Assembly: GCA_050273025.1 (NCBI GenBank)
Contig: CP158636.1
Coordinates: forward strand, 4,092,001 to 4,156,000
DNA length: 64,000 nucleotides
Direction of reading: 5' to 3'
Source: Cenococcum geophilum
Taxonomy: Eukaryota
A program made the position numbers and the translations under genes. Shown here in pieces: positions 50,900 through 63,700 of the stretch. Positions within the stretch are counted from its first letter, which is position 1; every line of letters begins with the position of its first letter. The notes under the pieces are model-generated. The model ran no database searches, was not told the DNA's origin, and saw only the letters and a program-made list of their open reading frames with translations.

Positions 50900-53565
50900 A
50901 GCTAAAGTATACTATATAATCCTTTTTATTCAGAGTTTAATTACGCCTTTTTAATATAGCTATACCGCATTTACTGCATAAAGGGAGACGTTAATACACT
51001 ACTTAAAGATACCCGCCTTAGCCCACTTTATAGCCTGCTTAGCTTCTAATCTATAAATTAATAGGAGGAACTAATTACCGCTATTCTATTTGGTATATAA
51101 GACAAACAATAGCTCTAATTAGAGTGTAAGGTGGAATTGAACATTAAAGGCTCTAAGTAGAGGAAATACTATATTATTTACTAGGATATTATAAATATAA
51201 TTGCCTTTCTAATTGGCTATTAACCCTTTAAAGATGCACTGGTATATGCACTAAAGAGACTTTATAATGCCGACAACTACTAAGTCTATAACAAGCTATA
51301 TAGCGGTAATTAGTAGTAAAAGACACAAGGCAAGGTTCCTAGCGGTGCTATAGTAGTTCCTATACTTATAGTAGTCGATAAGACCTAGCTAATAATATAC
51401 TATAGCAACAAATTGGCCTGGCCGGTATATCTTACTATTAGTAATCTTAACTAACAAGTTTGACGCCAACAGATATCCCCCACAAATATTCTTATCGGTT
51501 TTATACCAGTTATTAAAGAAAAGGATAATAATATAAAAAGTAAAGCATATTATAAAGTGATAAGAACTATACTTAAACGTAAGTCCTGCTTTAGTATTCT
51601 AACGCTATATTCTATAAACTAAAATATAATAGCAATTAAGCATCTTGCAGAAAGCGGCATAGACCTTTAATGTGCGGATAATTTTATGCGATAATGTTAT
51701 CTAATTATATATAGAATAATGGCAGACTATAAAGAATAAGTGCTGCTTATAAGTGTCAAAAGCCGACAGCACTGCACTATATGCTAGGTCCCCCCTTTAA
51801 AGCGCAAAAACTTAACTAAGAAATAATACCCGCTATATACCTATAAGGAGATAAGAAGATAGATTAAATACTAGTAACTAGAGAACATTCTTCCATCTTT
51901 AGACGACTAGGTATACCCAGTAGAATGTTTTGCATAGCATTATCGCCTATTTAATATCTATAAGGGTATAATAGTAGATGTTCTATATTAGCTTCTAAAG
52001 GGTATTATTATATGACTTATCGAATAGGTACGGAAACTAGTAGGCGATGTCGTCTAGCTAAAAAGAAAGAGAAGAGGGACGAAGATAATTATAATAAATA
52101 TATCTGCGGAGGCTTAGCTTAATTAGCGTTTTAGATAAGTCCTGGCTTTTATAGGGCTAAAACGGTTTAATAATCTGTTATTTAGTAAAGTTACTTAATA
52201 GACAGGTAATGAATAAAAAGCCATAGTTTGTTAACTTGTTGCTGTGCTAGCCCTACTACTGTTGTTTAGGGAACTATATGCTATGCATTTTATAAGAGCC
52301 GTATACAACTTCGTTATTATGGCTTAGTATCGCACCTATAATGAGGAGACACTATAATATATATACCACGCCCTATATTAAATTGATATGCTTAAAGGCG
52401 TGTTTTAAAGTTTCCGTTTAAAGGTAAAGGATTCTAATACGGGCCATTTTAATATACTAAAATTCCATGCCCTTATATATTTTGAGGAAAATATCCGCCT
52501 ATACGGATGCGCAGATAGGTACTATACTGGCGCAAATGGCGAAGCTGGACACCGTTATATTGTTAAGGCGTTTTATAACTTAATAAATAAACAGGATTCG
52601 CTATCTTAAATCTACTCTTATAATTTAAGATGGGTAGTAGTACTAGCAATAGAAGACGAAATAGCTTTTATAAATAGTAATTCTGTACTACAGTCTTCCT
52701 AGTGTCTAAAGGTATAGGTTACTTAACTAATATAGCATTTGGCAGTTGTAAAGCTTTGGTGGCCTTTAGAAGATATAAATAGGGCAACGGATCTTGTCTA
52801 AAGGCGTCTTAGGTTAAAGACGTGGCTTTATATATCTTATATAGCAAACTACTACGAAATCCTAGGGTTTCTAGACGGCATTGCGGTATTTGTTTAAGAG
52901 TGTAGGCGAAAACTATAAGGCGAATGTGCCTAGAACTCCGATATGGACCGGAAAGAGAAGAATCCTTTATAGGTTAAGCGCCTGCTTGTTAAAATATATC
53001 CATTTATCTACTATTAGAAACGAGACGGAAAAAATACAACTGACCTTAAGGCCCAAATTAGTGAGGTAGTACGTTGCGCACTAGATTGGCAATATTTTAA
53101 TTAGTGGAGGCGTAATTACGTATAGGTCTAAGAGTATATGGATAACAACGACCGTATTGGAAAGGGCCGCACATTATTAGGTGGAAGACTTATAGGCCAG
53201 CTTTAGCTAATTGTTACTGTTCTAGATATTAAAAGGTTAGATAAGTACGGTGTATATATATAGTATACTAGAGCTATAGTAGAGCTGCTTTAGCTATTGA
53301 ATTATGGACTGCCGTATCTAACATACGGTATGGTTAAGGTAAAAAGGTAGCCGCGCTTAAGTGTAAATACTAGGTAAGTACTTAGAGGTGGTCGCTTTTA
53401 TTTAATGCTATCTATTTTATAAAGCGCGTATATTATTCTAGCCGCTACTTCTTATCCAGATTTGTACTATATTAATAATTATATTAATTGGGACCAATAT
53501 AATACTCTGTACTTAGACAACTTTCTTAAAGAAGGAACCTGCATCGCGTTATTATATAGAAGCTA
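50900..53565 (+). pseudogene. Plavaka-family transposase (PF18759-like), RIP-inactivated
   Basis: YNPFYSEFNY (~50915), GAIVVPILIVVDKT.L (~51345-51390), AWPVYLTISNL (~51416-51450), LIGFIP, IMADYKE (~51716), HCTIC, DVLY.LLKG (~51977), FNILKFHAL..F.ENIRLYG...EAGHRYIVK (~52447-52567). Probable intron at ~51579-51632. The gene may begin further upstream (~50300). Confidence 0.85.
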
Positions 53566-53599
53566 GGACAAATAGTAAAAGCAGCTAAGCTAGTATAGA

Positions 53600-54110
53600 A
53601 CCTATATAAGACTATATAGGACTATATAAGATTGTATAAGATTATATAAGATTATATAAGATTGTATAAGATTATATAAGATTGTATAAAATTATTTTGA
53701 TCCTAATATATATTATAAGCTAGCATACTATAGGCTAAGAAAATAGTAAAAATTTATTTGCGCAATTGGCATACAACTTTAAAATAATATATTATATTAC
53801 CTTAATTGCATGTTAAGGAATATATAGTTAGCTTTTAAAGTTATTAAGTTGGTTAACTGCGTGTCATTTAAATTTTAAGTTGGTTAATTGCATGTTAAGG
53901 AATGTACAGTTAGCTTTTAAAGTTATTAAGTAGGTTAACTGCGTGTTATTTAACTTTTAAATATATTAAGTTGGTTAATTGCGTATTAAGTTAGTTAAGT
54001 TGCATATCAAGTTAGTTAATTGCGTGTTAAGTTAGTTAAGTTACATGTTAAGTTAGTTAATTGCGTGTTAAGTTGGTCAATTGCGTGTCGAGTTAGTTAA
54101 ATTGCATGTT
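53600..54110. repeat. Right subterminal arrays of the giant element (10-bp ATAAGATTRT; ~20-bp GTTAAGTTRGTTAATTGCRT)
   Basis: Directly visible and shared with 23205-23690 in reverse. Confidence 0.88.
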
Positions 54111-54737
54111 AATTACGCGAAACGCGAAAAACAAAGTCTACTTGAATCTTATCCTACGAATATTTTCCTGATGTATATACCTAGCTTAATAACAAGTCTA
54201 CTATAGTACTTCCTATAAGGCTTTATTATAGTATTAAAGAAAAGAACTAAGCTTAATAAATAAAATATCTTTATACTTTTACCTTCTAATACCCTTTTAG
54301 TATATAGCCACAACCTTACTAATATAACTCTGTTTTAATAGCGCAATTTAAAAGAAAGGAAATACGCGTATAAGCTATTTAGCTATTACTTCCTTATAAA
54401 AACTAATTATACGGCCGGGGGGAGGTAATTAAGATGTTAATTAAGACGTATATAGGTTTAATTATACCTAAATAATACTATAGTATTAAAGAATAACGTT
54501 ATAGACGTTTTTAATAATTGTATAATAGTTATAGATGCTATTATAAAATGTTCTTCCTATTTACTAAGTAGTAGAGCTATGCTAACTATACGGTATAGGA
54601 CTACTAGATTAAAAAGTATATATATTAAATCTTAAGAAATAAGTCTCTTTAATTACCTAATTAATTACCTAACTATATATAATAGCTTAAGAATAAGTAT
54701 AAGAGTAATATATTAGTAACGTAGGGTATTACAATGC

Positions 54738-57700
54738 TGTAATAAAGTAGACTAAATAACTACGTTGTGGTATAAAGAGGGGAAGAAGATAGAAAGGGGG
54801 TATTGTATATAAATAGTAGGGCCAGCCGCTAAGTCGCTAGTAGTGGGCTAGCCAATAGTAGGAAATAGTATAAGATAGTATAAAACAGTATACGTCAGGT
54901 TAGTACCGTAACAGTACTCCTTTCCCCTAGATAGTTTAGTCCCTAAACTAAATAGATAACTTAAAAATAGGCAGTATATAGGGTTGCCTATTTTTTACTA
55001 TAAAGATATTAGTTCCGCTTACCGCCCTTAACTAAGCTAATAGCGATTTTCTATACCGGGCATAGAAAATCCTAATTAGTTAGTTTAGTAAGTAAGGTCG
55101 GTAGAACTCTACACCGCCACCTAAATTAATCTATATGGCGTTTCTTGGTAAGAATTTAGCTAATTAGACAACTTTAACTACCGGTTAAAGTTCTATAATA
55201 TCTTAACCACCACAAATTTTAATACGGTGGTCGGCCGCGACCTTAGCGTAACTTTTCCTTATCTTATACCTAGTCTAGGGGTCCTAGCTTTTTAGGGTGT
55301 TACTTATAAAAGCGCTATATAGCTTATTTATAACCCTTTAGGTCTTCCTCTAGCTGCTAGGTTATATCCTTATAATATTTCTATTTAATTTTATAAGTTA
55401 GGCCCTGGGGGTCTTTGTTATATACATTAAAGATTTTCTTAAACTCCTATTTATCTTCTATATTGCCGTTATTATCTCTCTCTACTACTTATCCTTATAT
55501 ATTACAGCGCTCTATAGTATTAATATTTACTTAGCTAGGGATCTCTTTAGCAGCCTAGAGGCGGACCTTAGATATATAAAAGGATTTATTTACTTAGATA
55601 TAGTCTAGGAGGTCTACTACAACTACGCCTTAATATCCTGCGAGTACGGGGTATAGGCCGTCCCATTTCTTCTTAGGTCTATTTATCTTTATATTTTCTA
55701 AGCTAACTATAACTATATTACCTTTATAGAATAACGCGCTCTTATCCCTATAAGTATTAGTATTATCTTTATAGCGTTACTATAAAATCTAGGCTAGGGC
55801 CTTAAGCCGTATTAATATCCGCTTAAAGTAGTTGGCTATAAAGTCTACACAGAAGAACTTTTTATTTACTTATACTAATAGTATTAGTAGGTAGGGGCCA
55901 GTAGGCTTAATTCTAAGGTAAGGGTTAAAGCTATTGTTAGGCCATAGAGACGCACTGGCCGTAACCGGCTTAGCGCAGGCGAGGCGCAGGCGAGGCGCCT
56001 ACAAAACGTAGTCGCCCCGTATTATAGAATAGCAGAATTTAGTTCTACAGTTCTACTTCATTAAGAACCAGATACTCTTTATATCCCGTTACTGTTGTTA
56101 TATTACTATATGCCCTAAGGACCTTAGCGTCCTAACAGTACTGAATTCTTATCCCTTTTTAGGGGTAGTGGCCTAACAATATAGTGGTCTGCAAAGGCCA
56201 TGACTACGTAGCAGCAACCCTCTATTAAGAAGACGACCTATATTTATTAACTATATTATAGCCTATTAACCTAATGGCGAGACGCGGGCGTACTAGCGCA
56301 GTGCGTAATACTAAGTCTAGGGATTAGCCCTAGGACGATATAGGCGAACCTATATCGTCCTGGACAGAACCGGAAGCTACGGATAAAGGGGATATATAGG
56401 AAGAAATATAACGGCTAGAAAACGAGAAGCTACAACTCCTAGAGTAAAGAAAACTATACTTACTTAGGGAAGAGGTGGAAGTGCTAAAACGGCGTTAATG
56501 CGGTAAGGCGACGTCGACTCCCGTTCCTAACCCAGATTTATAACCTTAAACTATCCTATTAGGGTACTTAGATGGTAGCCAGATGCGTCCAAACCTTAAG
56601 TGGAAGGCTACTAATATAATAGGCGCTCCGTTAAAACGGGCCGTTAAAATGGAGAAGATTGCTCTATATTATAATAAGACTATATAAGAGCACCAAGACT
56701 TCCGCGATAGCTTAAAGCTAGCGTTTTACCTAGAGCACAACGGCTTCGCGGATAAGGATACTAAAGTCGCGTTTACTATATAATATATAAAGGGGACTAA
56801 CCGAACCCTTTAGCTATAGTATAAAGATAACTACCTAGATATATAGTTTACCTAGGAGGAGCTTATAGAATTCTTACTTAACTAGATTAAAAGTCCTATT
56901 AATTAAGAACTCTATATAGCCCTAACCTATGTAAAGGCAATACAGCGAACCGATTAACTAGTAAGCGAGTTTACTACTTACCTAACCTCCTTAAAAGCGT
57001 AAATAAACCCTCCTTATAATGCAAAGCATCTAATAATATATCTATTTGTGAAGCTGCGGCTAAAGCTACAGGTTACTATTACTAACTATTAAGAATTCCC
57101 TTAAATTTAAGACTAGCTAGTTTCCCTAGCTGCCCTATTAGAGGAAAACCAGAAGAGCGCAAGCGCCCTATAGGGTAAAAGTAATAGGCGCGCCGCGAAC
57201 TTAAATATAAAGACTACCTAGTTAGGTAACTTAGGGAGAACGGACTCTAAAACTACCGCTAGCGACTTAACGGCGGGGCGAAGTAATACTGTTGGGGGTT
57301 CGACTTAGCCTAAAGGAAACTGCAAAAATTATAGTAAGCTAGGATATTGGTGGCAATAATACCCGGAGTAGTAATAGCAACAGTAGCCGCCACTAAGTAG
57401 CGTAAACGCTATCTCTACGCTAGGAAAAGGCAGGCGCCCTTAGAGCCCCTTATACCCGTAGGGCGTAAGCTACTACTAGATTGTAAGGAAGCTATTACTA
57501 TCTTAGGAGAAGTCCTATCCTAGCAGACTTAGAAGGAGACCTTAGTAATGCTTAATCTCGGCGCTAAAGTAAATGTAATTAATTAGTGATTTATAATAGA
57601 GTGTAACTTTAAGACGCTAGACGTAGAATTGCCTACCTACTCCTAGTTAAATAAAACTTAGGTATACTATTATAAAGCCTATAAGGTACTATTACGAATA

Positions 57701-60700
57701 AAGGATAGCTAGGGTAGGATTAGGGAAGTAACCCTTGTCTACTATAGAATGGCTAACGTATCCCCTACTGTTACCCTAGGTATGCCGGGGTTAAAGAAGG
57801 CCCGACTTCTTATTAACTGCAAGGCGAAGGCGTAGTAATAGAAGCTGGACGGCTTGTCCCTGTTGCTATAAACCCCTAAGGGTTTTATAAAGTCTCTTTA
57901 GAGGGAATCTAGGGTCTTCGCCCTAGTGATTGCTGGATTAATGCCTAGTAAATAAGATAATAGTAGCTTACTAGTCCTTCCCCTATAGTTAAAAAAAGCT
58001 AGTAATATCTTCTTATATAAGGAAGTAGGAAAGCTACCCTAATATTACTAGGGCGATTATGCTATTGACCTAGAAGAGAGATAGGAGGTCCTATACAGAC
58101 CGCTCTATAACCTCTTAGTTAAGGAGCTAGAGGTACTAAAGGAGTACTTAAATAACGCCTTAGCTAAAGGTTAGATCTAACTAAGTACTAGTCCCGTAGG
58201 GGTACCTATCCTATTCGTACCTAAAAAAGATAGGAAGCTGCGGCTTTATATAGACTATAGAGGCCTTAATAAGGTAACGATTAAGAATTGTCTTATACTA
58301 CTACTAATTAGTAAGACCTTAGACCGCTTAGTAGGTTCTAAGATCTTTACTAAGTTAGACCTAATAAATACGTACTACCGCCTTTGTATCCGTCGGGGTG
58401 ACGAGTAAAAGACGGCGTTCCGTACGCGTTACGGCCACTTTAAGTATTTAGTTTTGCCTTTTAGGTTAACTAACGGACTAGCGACCTTTTAGGGCTATAT
58501 TAATTAAGCCTTATTAGGACTAGTAGATGTCTTCTATATAGTCTACCTTAATAATATTCTAATTTTCTTGGAAAATCTAGAGAAACACTAGCGCTACGTA
58601 CTAGAAGTGCTACGTAGGTTACGGCAATATTAACTATATATAAACCTTAAGAAGTGCAGGTTTAGCGTATAAGAGGTTAAGTTCCTAGGATATATTATTA
58701 GTCCTAAAGGCGTAGTGATAGATCCTAGCTGGGTAGAAGCTATTACTAAGTAGGAAAGCCCTTAATCCTATAGGGATGTCTAGGTCTTTCTAAGTTTTGC
58801 TAACTTTTATCGCCAGTTTATCTATAAGTACTCTGCTATTGCGAAGCCTATTACTAATCTCCTTAAAGGAGTAAAGAACGGCCGTAAAGCTGGGCCTTTT
58901 AGTTAGCTAGAAGAGGCGGAGCAGGCAATATACTGGCTCTGTAACGCCTTTACGACAGCGCCGCTCCTATAACACTATACGCCGGGCTTACTAACCCAGT
59001 TGGAGACTAATGCCTCTATGTAAGGCCTAGCAGCAATTATATTATAGCTGTTTAAAGATAGCCTTTGGTATTTAATAGCCTTCTAGTCTAGGAAGCTTTC
59101 GCTAGCAGAGCGTAATTATAAGACCTATAATTAGGAGCTACTAGCTATTGTAGAGGCTTTTAAGTATTAGAGACACTATATTAAGGGGCTATTAAGCCGC
59201 CTAGAAGTACTTACAGATTATAATAATCTAAAGGGTTTTATAAAAGTAAAAGCCCTTAATAGATGGTAGGCTAGATAGGCTATAGCATTAGCTGCCTATA
59301 ACTTTGTAATTAAGTATAAGGTAGGAAAAATAAACCCCATAGACGCGCTATTAAGGCGACCCCTAGGCGTAGGGGGTCTGCTAGAAGAAGACACTATGCT
59401 ACTATTACTCCAAAGGACTTTGGGAATGTAGGGCCACTAACCTAAGGTAAAAGTCCTATTAGGTGTATAGGAAAGCGAGCCTTCTACAGAGGTGTCGTTT
59501 CTATAGCTATAAGCCGGCAACCCGACAGCGGTACGCCTAGGCTATATAGTATTACGGTTTAACTAGGTAACCTATATATATGCTATTAAGTAGCGTGTAA
59601 TAAGGACCTAAGTTAGAGAAGCTAGTACTTAAGAGAGTGCTTATAAGTCTAGTACGGAAACAGTTATTAAGCTTATTAAAGGACTTTAGACTAAAGATAA
59701 CTTTATACTACAAAAGCACAGCAACAGCGTAGATACGGCGAGACGCTGTTAACGCGCCCGCTTAAAGTCAGTGTGGTAGTTTAATTCCGCTAGACTACTT
59801 TATTACCGCGGGAGGTTATATATACCCCTAGACCTAGTAGTTTATATAGAGCTCCTATAGCTCTACTATAATAATGCCCTAGCTAGCCACTTCGGTGAGA
59901 AAAAAACTTTAGATCTACTCTTGCGTAAGTACTACTGGCCTAGTATAACTGCGGACGTTATAAACTATATCTTTACCTGTAATCTATGCCAGCGTATATA
60001 TATGCCTTAATATCGCCCTTATAGTGAGCTCTAAGCGCTGCCTTGCCCGAATTAGCCGTGGTAGGAGATTATAATGGACTTTATTATAGGCCTACCGCCT
60101 AGCAAACGAAGTAAGAAGGTGTATGACGTAATATGTGTAATAGTCAACCGCTATACTAAGATGGCCTTATATCTACCTATAGTAAAAACTATTATTATAA
60201 CCAAACTCGCGGATCTCTTTCTTAACAAAGTAGTACGCCGTTTTAAAGCCCCTAGGGGGATTATATCTAATTAAGGCAGTATCTTCACTAGTGAGTTCTA
60301 GTCGGAGCTATGCTTTACTATAAAGATTAAACGTAGGCTAAGTATGGCCTTTTACCTATAAATAGACGGGCAAATAGAACGCCAGAACTAAACCTTAGAG
60401 TATTACCTCTATATATTCTATAATAAAAAGCAGAGTAACTAGGCAGGCCTCTTATTGCTAGCCGAATTCGCCTATAATAATGCTAAATATAGCATAACGG
60501 GTATAAGCCCATTTTATACCTACTATGGGTTTTACCTACATCTAGAATATAAGGTTAAGGCGAATAATAGTAGTTCTATTCTAGCCGCCTCTAAAAGGAT
60601 TAAAAGGATATCCCTTAAACGCGAAGCGCTGGCGAAACGCTAGGAATATGCTACTAAGGCGTAGGCGAAATACTATAATTGTTATTACTAACTATAGGCA

Positions 60701-63700
60701 TATAAAGTAGGGGATTTAGTCTTGCTATTAACTAAGAACCTTAAACTAAAAAGGCCAAGTAAGAAACTTATAGTATGCTTTATTGGACCTTTTAGTATAG
60801 CCAAACTAGTCGGAAAGTAAGTATACCGACTATATCTACCTATGTCTTACCGTATCTACCTAGTGTTCTATATTAGCTTACTAGAGCTATATAAACAACA
60901 TAAGGGTACTACTAGAGACCCTCTACTAGGGCCTATTAAGCTAGACAATTAAGCGGACTAAGAGGACTAATACGAGGTAGAAGAAGTATGTGGAAGGAAG
61001 GGATATAACTAGACCCTGCAGTACCTAGTTAAGTAAAAAGGCTAGCTAGAAGAATATAATAAATAGGTCCTAGTAGAGGACATTAATGAGGACGTAAAGG
61101 AGATATATAATAGTTATTTTACCCTAAGAGGTAAACGGAAAAGAAAGTAGGTAGGAAAATAAAAAACTTTTAATTATAACTAAGGTTACGCCCTATTAGC
61201 GGGGCGACAACAGAATAACGGCGGAGTGACGGTAATACGCTAATAGAGATATAGATACTCTACAGCTCTATTAAATCCTCCCTTTCCTCCCCTTCTTCCT
61301 TATCCTCCTCTTTCTCTCCCTCCTCCTTATCCTCTTTACCCTTATCCTCCTTCTTATCCCTTATAATGGGAGGTATATTGGCCTATAAGTACTATTAGCA
61401 TATACTATAACGGCGAAATACCTATGCTATAATATGTACTAAAGCGCGTATTACGTTAAGAATTCCTTTAAGGGTATAACGGATGGCCTATAATTCCTAT
61501 ACTTAGAGTAGGGGAAAGTCTTTGCCCTTTGGGCGCTGGCGGAGACCGTGCTTAGCGCCGGTACGTACTAAGGCCTTAATATCCTTTATAAAGGACTTCT
61601 AGGCGGCAGCAATATAAGCGTTAAGGTTAGCCGTGTCTCCGCTAGTAACCTACTAGCGCTTAGCCCTATTAATAAGGGCGAGTAGCTTATTTAGGCGGCT
61701 ATAGAAGGCCTTAGGGACCTAGTTTATTAGCTATTAGAACCTAAACTAACGCACTTAGACGTACTAGTTGGTACAACTTATTTAGTCGTCAGCAGTACCT
61801 ATAATTGCGGTTGGCCTACTTACCGTAGGTAGCCTACCTAGTAGTAGCTATACGCTTGGCGTAGCGGAGGCAGATTAGTTCTAGTAAGGCTAGGGGAGCG
61901 GCTTATAAGCGGCGTAGGAGCTTTAACGGCGCCTAGTAGGGTTAGTAACAGCTATAAGCTAGTATAAAGAATACTTACGGAAGGCTCGCTAATAGGCGGA
62001 CCGGCGGCGCTATGCTTACGATTTATAATTAATTAGAAGTTAAGAAGACGGCGAGTTACAGGCTAAACAAATTAAAATTAAATAGGAAGGGAAATCTAGT
62101 GTCCTACCTTAGTAGGAACTCCTACCTTTATAGATCTCTATAAGGTCCTATTATTATATTATCCTATCATTACATTATCTAATTCACTTAAATTTATCAA
62201 AAACTTTTTATTTAGAGAAGGGCAATAATAGCACTCCTATTGTATAATAGCGTCGGCTGAGGACAGCCGCTTAAGAAGGGGGGGGCAATTATTAGGCTAT
62301 AGAGACGTACTGGCCGTAACCGGCTTAGCGTAGGCGAGGCGCAGGCAAGGCGCCTATAAAACGTAGTCGCCCCGTATTAGAGAATAGCAGAATTCAGTTC
62401 TATAGTTCTACTTCATTAAGAACCAGATACTCTTTGCATCCTATTACTGTTGTTATGTTACTATATGCCCTAAGGACCTTGGCGTCCTAATAGCTATAGT
62501 TTGCAAAAAATGGGGAGATGCTTATACTCTCGTTAACTTAGTTATTTATAGTAAACTTAGTAAGCGGTAGGTAGTTAACCTAGTCGTCCTATATAAAGCT
62601 AATAAAAGTATAGAGGTATTTATTTACAGCAGCGTTAATAATTTTAGTTTAGCCGTCTATTTTTAAGTACTAGGTTAAGCCTAGTTACAAGGTTATCTTA
62701 AGGCGTTTACTTAATTATTGCTAGAAGTTACTAACAAATTATACTTAGTATACTATAGAGCTTATATACGTTATTAACAAAGCTATTAACTAGCTCCTCT
62801 ATTAAGAGTCCTATTACTAAAATAAGGTATTATATTTTAGTTAGGCGGTCTATAATAATAAAGATATATTTATATACCTTGCTATAGTATTAGCATACTA
62901 GCAGCGTTATAATATAGTTAATTAAGATATCGGTCTACAGGTAGGTAGGTAATTTTAGTAGCTTTAAGAAACCAGGTGGGGTAGAATGGGGGGTCTTAGT
63001 ACGAAAGTATAGGGTATAGTCTTTAACGAAGGTAGCCGTAAACTAGGAGATTTCTAGCTACTAGTATATTTGGTTTAAGAGGTTAAAAGTCTTAACCTAG
63101 CTAGGGTAACTAGCGGGGCCGCTACTATAAGAGCGATAGGTAACTTCTAGGCGGAGGTCTAGGGTATTAGGGACAAAGAGGCATTAGCGGAAGTAGATCT
63201 GTTTATTAATAATACTATTTCTAACTTATTATAATAAAGTAATTTCCTAATCTTCTTTAGCTAATGGCAAGCTTTCTAATTACGTAGGGCTGCTATTATA
63301 TCTCTTGCGAGTTCGTTCTCCTAGTATTTTAGCTAAATTAACTTATCTAGTAACTTTTTAGCTATTTTAGGGTCTAGAGCGGCTATAAACTTTACGTTAT
63401 TAGAGTTACGGGACTTATATAGTAATTCTTCTAAGATTATAAAGTTAACTTTTTGGGGCGGTATAATGACTTAGGCTTAGTAGCGGAGGCGTTTATTATT
63501 GGCGTGCTTAGGCCTTATTCCTAGTAGCCAGCTTAGGGCGTTAGGGAGCGTGGCTTTGCTGCTAGGTCTGTATATAATTATAAAGTTAAACTATAAAAGA
63601 AACTCTACCTACTAGACTTAGCGCTAGTTTAGCTGCTTAGCAGTTATAAACGTCTATAGGTTCTTATAGTCGGTAATAATTTTAAACGGCTCCTTAGTCC

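Larger units (their letters stand above)
28182..54173 (+). mobile_element. Giant cargo-carrying Plavaka-type DNA transposon (25,992 bp; ~20 kb without the nested Copia), RIP-inactivated
   Basis: Imperfect TIRs YATCGGCAAAATAT...ATATTTTCCTGATG. TA TSD confirmed against the empty LTR site TTACC-TA-TATACC at ~5503-5515. Plavaka transposase near the right end, subterminal repeats, and a second element with the same ends at 23143-25776. Confidence 0.85.
27817..54230 (+). mobile_element. Family-A-related solo LTR split in two (27817-28181 and 54174-54230) by the giant DNA transposon
   Basis: TATTACG start, TATTATA end, TSD GTATT at 27812-27816 and 54231-54235. The halves join to match the LTR at 5146-5564. 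Confidence 0.85.
20608..54737 (+). mobile_element. Gypsy family B copy 2, split into segments ~20608-22830, 26698-27816 and 54231-54737 by nested insertions
   Basis: The segments align consecutively to copy 1 (~6290-8280, ~8270-9390, ~9385-9880), with TSDs at the internal breaks. Confidence 0.85.

Noticed and set aside
28182..54173. Starship element
   Set aside because: No tyrosine-recombinase (DUF3435 captain) remnant was recognised at either end. The mobility gene is Plavaka-type, with TIRs and a TA duplication.
41941..60643. Short ORFs 41941..42147, 52881..53069, 60074..60274 and 60455..60643 as independent genes
   Set aside because: Stop-free pieces or off-frame reads of RIPed transposon genes (the last two are in-frame Gypsy integrase fragments).
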